Shown here: piece by piece, positions 12,301-22,705 of the stretch
Layout of the letters: every line of letters begins with the position of its first letter
Numbering within the stretch: the stretch's first letter is position 1
Source: Squalus acanthias
Lineage: Eukaryota
Assembly: GCA_030390025.1 (NCBI GenBank)
Contig: CM059430.1
Span: 62,000,001 to 62,064,000 of the forward strand
DNA: 64,000 nt
Direction: 5' to 3'
Translations under genes and position numbers: made by a program
The notes under the pieces: model-generated
What the model was told of the DNA's origin: nothing
The model's database searches: none
What the model saw: the letters and a program-made list of their open reading frames with translations, nothing else

Positions 12301-14272
12301 CGTGTTCAGATGAGATAGAGAGGGTGATAAAAAAGGAGGGGAGTTTTCACAATATTGTTTAAACAAACAATTAGAGCTGTGAGGAGGGCTGATATGTTAG
12401 AAGTATCATTAAATGGGTAGAACTGAAGAACAAAGCAGGTTCAATCACACTGCTGGGAGTGTACTATAGTCCCCCAAACTGTCAGAGGGAGATAGAAGAG
12501 CAAATGTGTAGGCAAATTTCTGAGAAGTGCAAGAACAATAGGGCAGTAATAGTAGGGTATTTTAAACACCCTAATATTTACTAGGATAGAATCAATGCAA
12601 AAGGACGTAGGATTCTTAAGATGCATTCATACAAAGTTTTCTTAGCCAGTACGTAGCAAAGCCAACAAGAGAGGAGGCAGTTCTGGACGTAGTTTGAGGG
12701 AATGAAGCTGGGCAGGTGGAAGGGGTATCAGTGGGATAACATTTTGTTGGTAATGATCATAATTTAGTTAGATTTAGCGTAGTTATGGAAAAGGACAAAG
12801 ATAGACTAGGAGTAAGAGCTTTCAATTGGGGAAAACCCAATTTTACTGAGTTGAGATGTGATTTAGCAAAAGTGGACTGGAAACAACTACTTAAAGGTAA
12901 ATCAGTGTCAGAGCAGTGGGAGACATTCAAGGAAGAGATAGTGAGGGTTCAGAGCAAATATGTTCCCACGAAGATAAAGGGTGGGATTCGCGAATCTCGA
13001 GACCCTTGGATGTCAAGGGGTATACATGGTAGGAGAAGGAAACAAATTGGAAGCTTTTGTCAGCTCAGAGAGCTCAATACTGCAGAAAGCAGGAGTATAG
13101 ATAGTGCAGGGGTGAAATTAAAAGCCAAATTAGGAAAGCAAAGAGGGCATGAAAAAATATTGGCAAGTAAAATCAAGGAAAATCCAAAGATGTTTTATAA
13201 ATACATGAGGAGCAAGTTCATAACTAAGAAAAGAGTAGGGCTTATTAGAGACCAAAGAGGTAACCTGTGTGTGGAGCCAGAAGACATGAGTATGGTTCTT
13301 AATGAATACTTTGTGTCTATTTTCACAAAAGAGAGGGACAATGCAGACATTATAGTTAAGGAGGAAGAGTGTTTAATATTAGATGTGATAAACATAGTGA
13401 GAGAGGAAATATTAAGGGGTTTAGCCTCTTTGAAAGTAGATAAATTGCCAGGCCCGAATGAAATATATCCCAGGTTGTAAGAAAAGCAAGAGAGGAAACA
13501 ATTCTGAGTGACAGCATTAATCATCATTTAGAAAGGCACGGATTGATCAAGGACAGCCATCATGGATTTGTTAAATGGAAGATAGTGTCTGACTGGCTTG
13601 ATTGAATTTTTTGAGGAGGTAACAAGGAGTGTCGATGAGGTTAGCACGTTTGTTGTAGTCTACATGGAATATAAGAGCAGGGAGGTTATGCTAGATCTAT
13701 ATAAAACAATAGTTAGGCCACAACTTGAGAACTGTGTATATTTCTGGTCACCAGATTACAGGAAAGATGTGATTGCACTAGAGAGGGTAAAGACATTTAC
13801 GAGGATGTCGCCAGGACTAAATACGTTTAGCTATGAGGAAAGATTGGACAGGCTGGGGTTGTTGTTTTTTGGAACAGAGAAGGCTGAGGGGAGATTTAAT
13901 TGAGATATATAAAATTATGAGGGGCCTAGACAGAATGGATATGAAGGACCTATTTCCCTCAGCAGAGAGGTCAATAACCAAGGAGCACAGATTTAAAAAA
14001 AATGTTAGAATGATTAGAGGGGTGTTGAGGAGAAGTTTTGACACCCAGAAGTGGGTGAGGGTCTGGAACTCATTACATGAAAGGGTGGAAGAGGCAAAAG
14101 CCCTCATCGTATTTAAAAAGTACTTGAGCATATACTTGAAGTGCCGTAATCTACAAGACTGCGGACCAAGAGTTGGAAAGTGGAATTAGGCTGGATAGCT
14201 CCTATTCGGCCGGTTCAGACACGCCGAATGGCGTCTTTATGCGCCGTAAATTTCTATGATTCCTTGATTCTA
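9370..14272 (+). mobile_element. Old CR1 LINE (5'UTR, ORF1 zinc finger + SGNH esterase, deleted ORF2), interrupted by an antisense CR1
   Basis: C-x2-C..C-x2-C at ~9585-9660; IGDCIVRG esterase ORF 11490-11993; ORF2 fragments 12785-13480 and 13598-14189; ttctatga tail ~14252-14272; boundaries approximate. Confidence 0.8.
10017..11465 (-). mobile_element. CR1 LINE 3' half (RT), antisense, nested in the previous CR1
   Basis: ORF 10770-11300 with GVPQGSVLGP and FADD; reverse-complement tail (agaacataagaaatagg) at ~10017-10040. Confidence 0.85.
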
Positions 14273-15151
14273 AATTATAACTGATCAGGAGAAAGGCTGA
14301 TGAATTTAATGGGATACTTTAATAATCGTAACATTTTGGTTGTGGAAACCACAGTCACAATGTTACTACTCACGTGGCCTGTTCCTCACTTGTGTTGTCT
14401 AAGCAGTTCACAATCGAGAACATCTCTTAATAAATGTCATCACTTTCATGAAATAAATATTTGAGAATTCAATCTCAAATTTATTTCAGTCTTTTGGAAA
14501 AATCAACGCAATTCTCAAACCCTCACGACTCAAGGGACATATCCTCTACCCTTCAGTTACTATTGTTGCACAGGCAGTATGTTGGGACATTCTGCAAATT
14601 GGGCATCCTCCACATACACAAACTGCATGCAGTAGCATTCTGTAAATTACAGAATCTGGGAATGCACAGATGCGATTAAACACCCCCTCGAACTGCTTTG
14701 TGACAAGCACACATCCAGTTGAAATCTAAGCTTTTGAGAAAGATTGAGACCTTAAAACAACAGTGGTAGGAAAAATAATGGAATCACTATTAAAGGAGAA
14801 AAAAGAAGAACATCTAGAAACCAAAAATATAATAAGGAATAGTCAACATGGATTTCAAAAGGGAAAGTCTTGCTTGACCTACCTTATTGAATTATTTGAA
14901 GAGGTAACAGAGAGAGTAGACAATGGCAATGCAGTAGATGTAATGTATCGAGAGTTTGAAAAGGCCTTCCATAAGGTACCCCATAATAGTTTGATGAACA
15001 TGGTCAGAGAAGGCAGAGTCAGGGGACAAGTCATAGAATGGATAGCTAGCTGGCTTCAAGACAGAATGCGGAGATGCCGGTGTTGGACTGGGGTGGACAA
15101 AATTGAGAGGTCGCACAACACCAGGTTATAGTCCAACAGTTTTACTTGAAA

Positions 15152-15193
15152 TCACAAGCTTTCGGAGCTATCGATTGCTCCTTCCTCAGGTGA
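15152..15193 (-). ncRNA. Type I minimal hammerhead ribozyme motif (Penelope A 3' pLTR)
   Basis: Reverse complement reads TCAC-CTGAGGA-A-GGAGC-AATCGATA-GCTCC-GAAA-GCTT-GTGA: core CUGANGA/GAAA, 5-bp stem II, palindromic AGCU stem III, TCAC/GTGA stem I. Confidence 0.8.
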
Positions 15194-15523
15194 AGTAAAT
15201 TAGATACAGAATCGCCAAAGCATATATAGATAGAAAACAAAGCATGTGTACCTTACAATTGCAGACCACTAAATTAAATCATCCTGACTATCTGCCGAGG
15301 TGTGATAAAGTTAATTAAGTCAGCCAGGAAGGTACCACATCAAAGACATAGCAAGATACAACTGAGACAATGAGGTGTAGTCGCAGGGGTTCTAACGTGT
15401 CAAAAGCTGCCGTCTGTATGTAAAACGAAAAGCTTTAAAATTTTTACTTTTTTACTGGCAAAATTTTTACTTTTTTACTGGGAATCACATCTGTGAACAA
15501 GCTAACGACGACTCGAGTCCGGA

Positions 15524-18202
15524 TCACGTCATGTATCGTGACATAAACCCAAGATCCCGATTGAGACCGTCTTCATGAGTGCGGAACTTGGCTATCAGTT
15601 TCTGCTCGATGATTTTGCGTTGTCGTGTGTTTCTAAGGTTGCCTTGGAGAACGCTTACCCACAGATCCGAGGCTGAATGTCCTTGACTGCTGAAGTGTTC
15701 CCCGACTGGGAGGTAACAATCCTGCCTGGCGATTGTTGCGCGATGCTCGTTCATACGTTGTCTCAGTGTCTGCATGGTCTCGCCGATGTACCATGCCGCG
15801 GTGCATTCTTTCCTGCAACGTATGAGGTAGACAACGTTGGCCGAGTCACATGAGTATGGACCATGTACCTGGTGGGTAGTGTCCTCACGTGTGATGGTGG
15901 TATCTGTGTTGATGATCTGGCATGTCTTGCAGAGTTTGCCATGGCAGGGTTGTGTGGTGTCGTGGTCGCTGTTATCCTGAAAGCTGGGTAATTTGCTGCG
16001 AACGATGGTACTTCTGAGGTTAGGCGGCTGTTTGAAGGCAAGTAGTGGAGGCGTGGGGATGGCCTTAGCGAGGTGTTTGTCGTCATCGATGACATGTTGA
16101 AGGCTGCGAAGAACATGGCATAGTTTCTCCGCTCCGGGGAAGTACTGGACGACGTAGGGTACCCTGTTGGTTGTGTCCCGTGTTTGCCTTCTGAGGAGGT
16201 CTATGCGATTTTTCGCTGTGGCCCGTCGGAACTGTCGATCGATGAGTCGAGCGTCATATCCCGTTCTTACGAGGGCGTTTTTCAGCGTCCGTAGGTGTCG
16301 ATCGCGTTCCTCCTCGTCTGAGCAGATCCTGTGTATTCGCAGGGCTTGTCCATAGGGGATGGCTTCTTTAACATGGTTAGGGTGGAAGCTGGAGAAGTGG
16401 AGCATCGTGAGGTTGTCCGTGGGCTTGCGGTAGAGTGAAGTGCTGAGGTGTCCGTCTTTGATGGAGATTCGTGTGTCCAGGAATGAGACCGATTCTGAGG
16501 AGTAGTCCATGGTGAGTTTGATGGTGGGATGGAACTTGTTTATGTTATCGTGTAGTCTTTTCAGTGATCCTTCACCATGGGTCCAAAGGAAGAAAATGTC
16601 GTCGATGTATCTGGTGTACAGCGTTGGCTGGAGGTCCTGTGCAGCGAAGAAGTCTTGCTCGAACTTGTGCATGAAGATGTTGGCGTATTGGGGTGCGAAT
16701 TTGGTCCCCATGGCTGTTCCGTGTGTTTGGGTAAAAAAATGGTTGTCGAAGGTGAAGACATTGTGGTCAAGGATGAAGCGGATGAGTTGTAGGATGGCGT
16801 CTGGAGATTGGCTGTTGTTGATGTTGAGTACTGAGGCTGTTGCAGCGATGCCGTCATCGTGGGGGATACTGGTGTAGAGTGCCGATACGTCCATCGTGGC
16901 AATGAGTGTTCCTGGTTCAACTGGTCCGTGGGTGCTGAGTTTCTGTAAGAAGTCTGTAGTGTCGCGACAGAAGCTGGGGGTTCCCTGTACGATGGGTTTC
17001 AGAATGCCCTCGACGTATCCAGAGAGGTTCTCACACAGGGTTCCATTGCCTGATACGATAGGACGTCCGGGTGTGTTGGCTTTGTGTATCCTTGGGAGGC
17101 AGTAGAAGTCTCCCACGCGGGGAGTACGTGGGATGAGAGCGCGTAGGATGTTTTGAAGTTCTGGATCGAAGGTCTTGATCAGTCTATTGAGTTGGCGGGT
17201 GTGTTCTTTGGTCGGATCTGCGGGTAGCTGTCTGTAGTGTTCCTGGTTGTCCAGTTGTCGGTATGCTTCTTTACAATAGTCCGTTCTGTTCTGTATGACG
17301 ATGGCTCCTCCTTTGTCCGCTGGTTTGATGACAATGTTGCGCTTGGTCTTGAGAGCGTGGATGGCGTTGCGTTGTGCTCGGGTGACATTCTGGACTGTCT
17401 TGTGAGTGCGGCTGATGAATCTGGCGTTGATGCATCTCCTGACAGCTTGAGCATACATGTCAAGCTTGGGGCAGCGACCCTCCGGAGGGGTCCAGTTTGA
17501 CTCTTTTTTCTTCGGTTGCTGCACTGCGAGTCCCTCTGTCTGCTGTTCTGGATCATTGATTGTCTCATTGGGTTTGTTGCTGACATCTTGGGATTTGTGG
17601 AAGTATTCCCAGAGCCTCATTCTCCTGATGAATTCCTCCGTGTCTGCCGCGAGACCGATGGGGTCCATTTTGGTGGTTTGGCAGAACTTGAGCCCTAGGG
17701 CGAGAACTTCGATTTCGTCTGGTTGAAGGGTATGGTCGGACAAGTTGACGATGGACTTCCCTGTGGTTGCAGCCGTGGTACCGGGGGAGGCTTGGTTGCT
17801 GCTGGTGGTGTTGCCGAGTTTCTCAAGCTTCCTGTTCTTGATGCGCATGTAGGCAGCGTAGTTCCGTTGCCTCGTCTGTTTGGTGGTGTCTCGTAACTGG
17901 TCTGCTGTGTCCTGAGCACAGGCTGAGAGCATGGACTCTATCTTGGTTTCGAGGTTGTGGCGTTTGCTGTAGAGCTGGTGTACGAGATGGTTGAGGAGTG
18001 TGCGAGAGGTACGACGGCAGAGTCTCTCAGCGTAGTCTGTGTTGTATGTCGACTTGAGTGGGTTCGTGATCTGTAGTCCTTTCGGGATCTTGTCTGCTTT
18101 CTTGCATCTCTGTAGATACTTGATGTCGGTGTCGCTATGCGCGATCTTCTTGGCGATTCTCTCCACTTTGAGCCGACAGTTTGTGGTGTCGATAGTGGTC
18201 AT
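15524..18202 (-). CDS. Penelope-like RT/GIY-YIG endonuclease polyprotein, intact, 892 aa from ATG 18202 (ORF track extends to a non-ATG start at 18274)
   Basis: KPADKGG, GRPIVS, DVSALYTSI, GTAMG..FAP.YANIFM, RYIDD, FLD; Cys-rich PCHGKLCKTC; GIY-YIG NVVYLIRC..WYIGET..LRQRMNEH; C-terminal GLNRD. Confidence 0.95.
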   Translation of the reverse strand: MTTIDTTNCRLKVERIAKKIAHSDTDIKYLQRCKKADKIPKGLQITNPLKSTYNTDYAERLCRRTSRTLLNHLVHQLYSKRHNLETKIESMLSACAQDTADQLRDTTKQTRQRNYAAYMRIKNRKLEKLGNTTSSNQASPGTTAATTGKSIVNLSDHTLQPDEIEVLALGLKFCQTTKMDPIGLAADTEEFIRRMRLWEYFHKSQDVSNKPNETINDPEQQTEGLAVQQPKKKESNWTPPEGRCPKLDMYAQAVRRCINARFISRTHKTVQNVTRAQRNAIHALKTKRNIVIKPADKGGAIVIQNRTDYCKEAYRQLDNQEHYRQLPADPTKEHTRQLNRLIKTFDPELQNILRALIPRTPRVGDFYCLPRIHKANTPGRPIVSGNGTLCENLSGYVEGILKPIVQGTPSFCRDTTDFLQKLSTHGPVEPGTLIATMDVSALYTSIPHDDGIAATASVLNINNSQSPDAILQLIRFILDHNVFTFDNHFFTQTHGTAMGTKFAPQYANIFMHKFEQDFFAAQDLQPTLYTRYIDDIFFLWTHGEGSLKRLHDNINKFHPTIKLTMDYSSESVSFLDTRISIKDGHLSTSLYRKPTDNLTMLHFSSFHPNHVKEAIPYGQALRIHRICSDEEERDRHLRTLKNALVRTGYDARLIDRQFRRATAKNRIDLLRRQTRDTTNRVPYVVQYFPGAEKLCHVLRSLQHVIDDDKHLAKAIPTPPLLAFKQPPNLRSTIVRSKLPSFQDNSDHDTTQPCHGKLCKTCQIINTDTTITREDTTHQVHGPYSCDSANVVYLIRCRKECTAAWYIGETMQTLRQRMNEHRATIARQDCYLPVGEHFSSQGHSASDLWVSVLQGNLRNTRQRKIIEQKLIAKFRTHEDGLNRDLGFMSRYMT

Positions 18203-18289
18203 GATGCGGAGATGCCGGTGTTGGACTGGGGTGGACAAAATTGAGAGGTCGCACAACACCAGGTTATAGTCCAACAGTTTTATTTGAAA

Positions 18290-18331
18290 TCACAAGCTTT
18301 CGGAGCTATCGATTGCTCCTTCCTCAGGTGA
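18290..18331 (-). ncRNA. Type I minimal hammerhead ribozyme motif (Penelope A 5' pLTR)
   Basis: Same motif as 15152-15193. Confidence 0.8.
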
Positions 18332-18742
18332 AGTAAATTAGATACAGAATCGCCAAAGCATATATAGATAGAAAACAAAGCATGTGTACCTTACAATTGC
18401 AGACCACTAAATTAAATCATCCTGACTATCTGCCGAGGTGTGATAAACTTAATTACGTCAGCCAGGAAGGTACCACATCAAAGATACATACCATAGCAAG
18501 ATACAACTGAGACAATGAGGTGTAGTCGCAGGGGTTCTAACGTGTCAAAAGCTGCCGTCTGTATGTAAAACGAAAAGCTTTAAAAATTTTACTTTTTTAC
18601 TGGGAACATTTTTACTTTTTTACTGGGAATCACATCTGTGAACAAGCTAACGACGACTCGAGTCCGGATCACGTCATGTATCGTGACATAAACCCAAGAA
18701 CCCAAGATCACGGCTGCAACCACAGGGAAGTCCATCGTCAAC

Positions 18743-20962
18743 TTGTCCGACCATACCCTTCAACCAGACGAAATCGAAGTTCTCGCCCTAGGGCTCAAGT
18801 TCTGCCAAACCACCAAAATGGACCCCATCGGTCTCGCGGCAGACACGGAGGAATTCATCAGGAGAATGAGGCTCCGGGAATACTTCCACAAATCCCAAGA
18901 TGTCAGCAACAAACCCAATGAGACAATCAATGATCCAGAACAGCAGACAGAGGGACTCGCAGTGCAGCAACCGAAGAAAAAAGAGTCAAACTGGACCCCT
19001 CCGGAGGGTCGCTGCCCCAAGCTTGACATGTATGCTCAAGCTGTCAGGAGATGCATCAACGCCAGATTCATCAGCCGCACTCACAAGACAGTCCAGAATG
19101 TCACCCGAGCACAACGCAACGCCATCCACGCTCTCAAGATCAACCGCAACATTGTCATCAAACCAGCGGACAAAGGAGGAGCCATCGTCATACAGAACAG
19201 AACGGACTATTGTAAAGAAGCATACCGACAACTGGACAACCAGGAACACTACAGACAGCAACCCGCAGATCCGACCAAAGAACACACCCGCCAACTCAAT
19301 AGACTGATCAAGACCTTCGATCCAGACCTCCAAAACATCCTACGCGCTCTCATCCCACGTACTCCCCGCGTGGGAGACTTCTACTGCCTCCCAAAGATAC
19401 ACAAAGCCAACACACCCGGACGTCCTATCGTATCAGGCAATGGAACCCTGTGTGAGAACCTCTCTGGATACGTCGAGGGCATTCTGAACCCCATCGTACA
19501 GGGAACCCCCAGCTTCTGTCGCGACACTACAGACTTCTTACAGAAACTCAGCACCCACGGACCAGTTGAACCAGGAACACTCATTGCCACGATGGACGTA
19601 TCGGCACTCTACACCAGTATCCCCCACGATGACGGCATCGCTGCAACAGCCTCAGTACTCAACATCAACAACAGCCAATCTCCAGACGCCATCCTACAAC
19701 TCATCTGCTTCATCCTTGACCACAATGTCTTCACCTTCGACAACCATTTTTTTACCCAAACACACGGAACAGCCATGGGGACCAAATTCGCACCCCAATA
19801 CGCCAACATCTTCATGCACAAGTTCGAGCAAGACTTCTTCGCTGCACAGGACCTCCAGCCAACGCTGTACACCAGATACATCGACGACATTTTCTTCCTT
19901 TGGACCCATGGTGAAGGATCACTGAAAAGACTACACGATAACATAAACAAGTTCCATCCCACCATCAAACTCACCATGGACTACTCCTCAGAATCGGTCT
20001 CATTCCTGGACACACGAATCTCCATCAAAGACGGACACCTCAGCACTTCACTCTACCGCAAGCCCACGGACAACCTCACGATGCTCCACTTCTCCAGCTT
20101 CCACCCTAACCATGTTAAAGAAGCCATCCCCTATGGACAAGCCCTGCGAATACACAGGATCTGCTCAGACGAGGAGGAACGCGATGGACACCTACGGACG
20201 CTGAAAAACGCCCTCGTAAGAACGGGATATGACGCTCGACTCATCGATCGACAGTTCCAACGGGCCACAGCGAAAAATCGCATAGACCTCCTCAGAAGGC
20301 AAACACGGGACACAACCAACAGGGTACCCTACGTCGTCCAGTACTTCCCCGGAGCGGAGAAACTACGCCATGTTCTTCGCAGCCTTCAACATGTCATCGA
20401 TGACGACAAACACCTCGCTAAGGCCATCCCCACGCCTCCACTACTTGCCTTCAAACAGCCGCCTAACCTCAGAAGCACCATCGTTCGCAGCAAATTACCC
20501 AGCTTTCAGGATAACAGCGACCACGACACCACACAACCCTGCCATGGCAAACTCTGCAAGACATGCCAGATCATCAACACAGATACCACCATCACACGTG
20601 AGGACACTACCCACCAGGTACATGGTACATACTCATGTGACTCGGCCAACGTTGTCTACCTCATACGTTGCAGGAAAGAATGCACCGCGGAATGGTACAT
20701 CGGCGAGACCATGCAGACACTGAGACAACGTATGAACGAGCACCGCACAACAATCGCCAGGCAGGATTGTTACCTCCCAGTCGGGGAACACTTCAGCAGT
20801 CAAGGACATTCAGCCTTGGATCTGCTGGTAAGCGTTCTCCAAGGCAACCTTAGAAACACACGACAACGCAAAATCATCGAGCAGAAACTGATAGCCAAGT
20901 TCCGCACTCATGAAGACGGTCTCAATCGGGATCTTGGGTTTATGTCACGATACATGACGTGA
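18743..20962 (+). CDS. Inverted 5'-truncated copy of the Penelope A ORF (739 codons, still open)
   Basis: About 16 amino-acid differences from the minus-strand copy by manual comparison; lacks the native N-terminus and ATG; RT and GIY-YIG motifs intact. Confidence 0.88.
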   Translation: MSDHTLQPDEIEVLALGLKFCQTTKMDPIGLAADTEEFIRRMRLREYFHKSQDVSNKPNETINDPEQQTEGLAVQQPKKKESNWTPPEGRCPKLDMYAQAVRRCINARFISRTHKTVQNVTRAQRNAIHALKINRNIVIKPADKGGAIVIQNRTDYCKEAYRQLDNQEHYRQQPADPTKEHTRQLNRLIKTFDPDLQNILRALIPRTPRVGDFYCLPKIHKANTPGRPIVSGNGTLCENLSGYVEGILNPIVQGTPSFCRDTTDFLQKLSTHGPVEPGTLIATMDVSALYTSIPHDDGIAATASVLNINNSQSPDAILQLICFILDHNVFTFDNHFFTQTHGTAMGTKFAPQYANIFMHKFEQDFFAAQDLQPTLYTRYIDDIFFLWTHGEGSLKRLHDNINKFHPTIKLTMDYSSESVSFLDTRISIKDGHLSTSLYRKPTDNLTMLHFSSFHPNHVKEAIPYGQALRIHRICSDEEERDGHLRTLKNALVRTGYDARLIDRQFQRATAKNRIDLLRRQTRDTTNRVPYVVQYFPGAEKLRHVLRSLQHVIDDDKHLAKAIPTPPLLAFKQPPNLRSTIVRSKLPSFQDNSDHDTTQPCHGKLCKTCQIINTDTTITREDTTHQVHGTYSCDSANVVYLIRCRKECTAEWYIGETMQTLRQRMNEHRTTIARQDCYLPVGEHFSSQGHSALDLLVSVLQGNLRNTRQRKIIEQKLIAKFRTHEDGLNRDLGFMSRYMT

Positions 20963-21299
20963 TCCGGACTCGAGTCATCGTTAGCTTGTTCACAGATGTG
21001 ATTCCCAGTAAAAAAGTAAAAATTTTCCCAGTAAAAAAGTAAAAATTTTAAAGCTTTTCGGTTTACATACAGACGGCAGCTTTTGACACGTTAGAACCCC
21101 TGCGACTACACCTCATTGTCTCAGTTGTATCTTGCTATGGTATGTATCTTTGATGTGGTACCTTCCTGGCTGACGTAATTAAGTTTATCACACCTCGGCA
21201 GATAGTCAGGATGATTTAATTTAGTGGTCTGCAATTGTAAGGTACACATGCTTTGTTTTCTATCTATATATGCTTTGGCGATTCTGTATCTAATTTACT

Positions 21300-21341
21300 T
21301 CACCTGAGGAAGGAGCAATCGATAGCTCCGAAAGCTTGTGA
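21300..21341 (+). ncRNA. Type I minimal hammerhead ribozyme motif (inverted Penelope A pLTR)
   Basis: tcacctgaggaaggagcaatcgatagctccgaaagcttgtga, followed by AATAAA at 21347-21352. Confidence 0.8.
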
Positions 21342-22534
21342 TTTCAAATAAAACTGTTGGACTATAACCTGGTGTTGTGCGACCTCTCAATTTTTTTCAA
21401 GACAGAAAGCAGAGAGTAGGGATAAAGGTTAGTCATTCACAGTGGCAGAAGATGGGTAGTGGTGTTCCACAAGGCTCAGTGCTGGGACCACTGTTGTTCA
21501 CAATTTACATTAACAATTTAGACTTTGGAATCAAAAACACAATTTCTAAATTTGCGGATAACACCAAATTTAGGGGGTGGGATAGTCAATACTGATGAAG
21601 ACTGCAACAAATTACAAGAGGACATAAATAAACTTGCAGAATGGGCATATAATTGGCAAATGAGGTTCAACACAGTAACATGTGCGGTATTACATTTTAG
21701 TCTGAAGAATAGGGCGGTTACTTTTTACTTGGAGGGTGCGAGTCTAGGAGGGGCAGAGGAATAAATGGATCTCGGAGAACAAATACACAAATCACTAAAA
21801 GTTGTTACAAAGTTTCGCAAGGCCATATAAAAACAAACCAAGCACTTGGGTTTATTTCTCGAGGGATACAATTGAAAAGTAGAGATGTTATGCTAAACCT
21901 GTAACTTACCTTGCTTACAACATATTCGTGTACAGTTCTGGTCGCCATATTATAAAAAGGATATAGAGGCACTGGAGAGTGTGCAGCGAAGATTTACAAG
22001 GATGATACCAGAAATACGAGGGAATACATATCAGGAAAGGATGAACAGGTTGGTTCTCTTTTCTCTTGAAAAAACGAAGGCAGAGGGGTGTCCTAATAGA
22101 GGTCTTTAAAATTATGAAAGGTGTTGATAGATTGAATACAGAGAGAATGTTTCCACATGTGGGGAAGATAATAACTAGAGGCCATCAATATAAAATAGTC
22201 TCGAAGAAATCCAATAGTGAATTCAAAAGAAACTTCTTTACCATGGGGTGTGGTTGAAGCGAATAGTTTGGATGCATTTAAGGGGACGCTAGACAAACAT
22301 ATGAGGGAGAAGTTAATAGAGGGTTATGCTGATAGATTTAGATGAGGAAAGACGAGAGGAGGTTCTGTGGAGCATAAACGCTGACATGGACTGGTTGGGC
22401 CGAATGGCCTGGTTTAGTGCCGTATATCATATGTAATCCTATGTAACGACTTTAAGGATTTTTTTAAAATACACAAAAGCGAATTGAGTGTTTAAATTTA
22501 AACAATAGCAACTTTATGTGATTATCATTTCCTT

Positions 22535-22705
22535 GAGCGGAGGCAGCAGACCTGAGAGGGATCTAGAGCGGAGCCTGAGGATATAAAGAGTGCAGCAGAG
22601 TAAGGCCCGAGAGCGGAGGCAGCGGACCTGAGAGGGATCTAGAGCGGTGCCTGAGGATAGAAAGAGCGTGGCAGAGCGAGGCCCGAGAGCGGAGGCAGTG
22701 GATCT
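22535..22705 (+). repeat. 76-bp tandem monomers (2.2 copies) at the CR1 5' end
   Basis: gagcggaggcag.. units start at 22535, 22611 and 22687. Confidence 0.85.

Larger units (their letters stand above)
15067..21395 (-). mobile_element. Penelope-like retroelement A: full-length copy (pLTR-ORF-pLTR) plus a 5' inverted, 5'-truncated second copy
   Basis: Direct pLTR repeats ~15067-15555 and ~18205-18700; inverted copy 18709-21395; 12-bp TSD ttcaagacagaa at 15055-15066 and 21396-21407. Confidence 0.95.
14762..22447 (+). mobile_element. CR1 RT/3' fragment split by the Penelope A insertion (CR1 parts 14762-15066 and 21396-22447)
   Basis: QHGFQKGKSCLT..WIASWLQD before the insert and QDRKQRVGI..GVPQGSVLGP..FADN after it; continuous across the 12-bp TSD. 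Confidence 0.88.

Noticed and set aside
15633-20853. Many overlapping alternative-frame and antisense ORFs within Penelope A, duplicated in both arms
   Set aside because: Shadow ORFs of a compositionally biased coding sequence; their duplication simply reflects the inverted repeat.
15067-21395. Inverted duplication as a pure assembly artefact
   Set aside because: The arms differ at many positions, the junction has its own micro-duplication, a single TSD brackets the whole unit, and the same architecture recurs in three other insertions.
22535-22705. CRISPR-like repeat array
   Set aside because: Head-to-tail 76-bp repeats without unique spacers, no cas genes, eukaryotic context.
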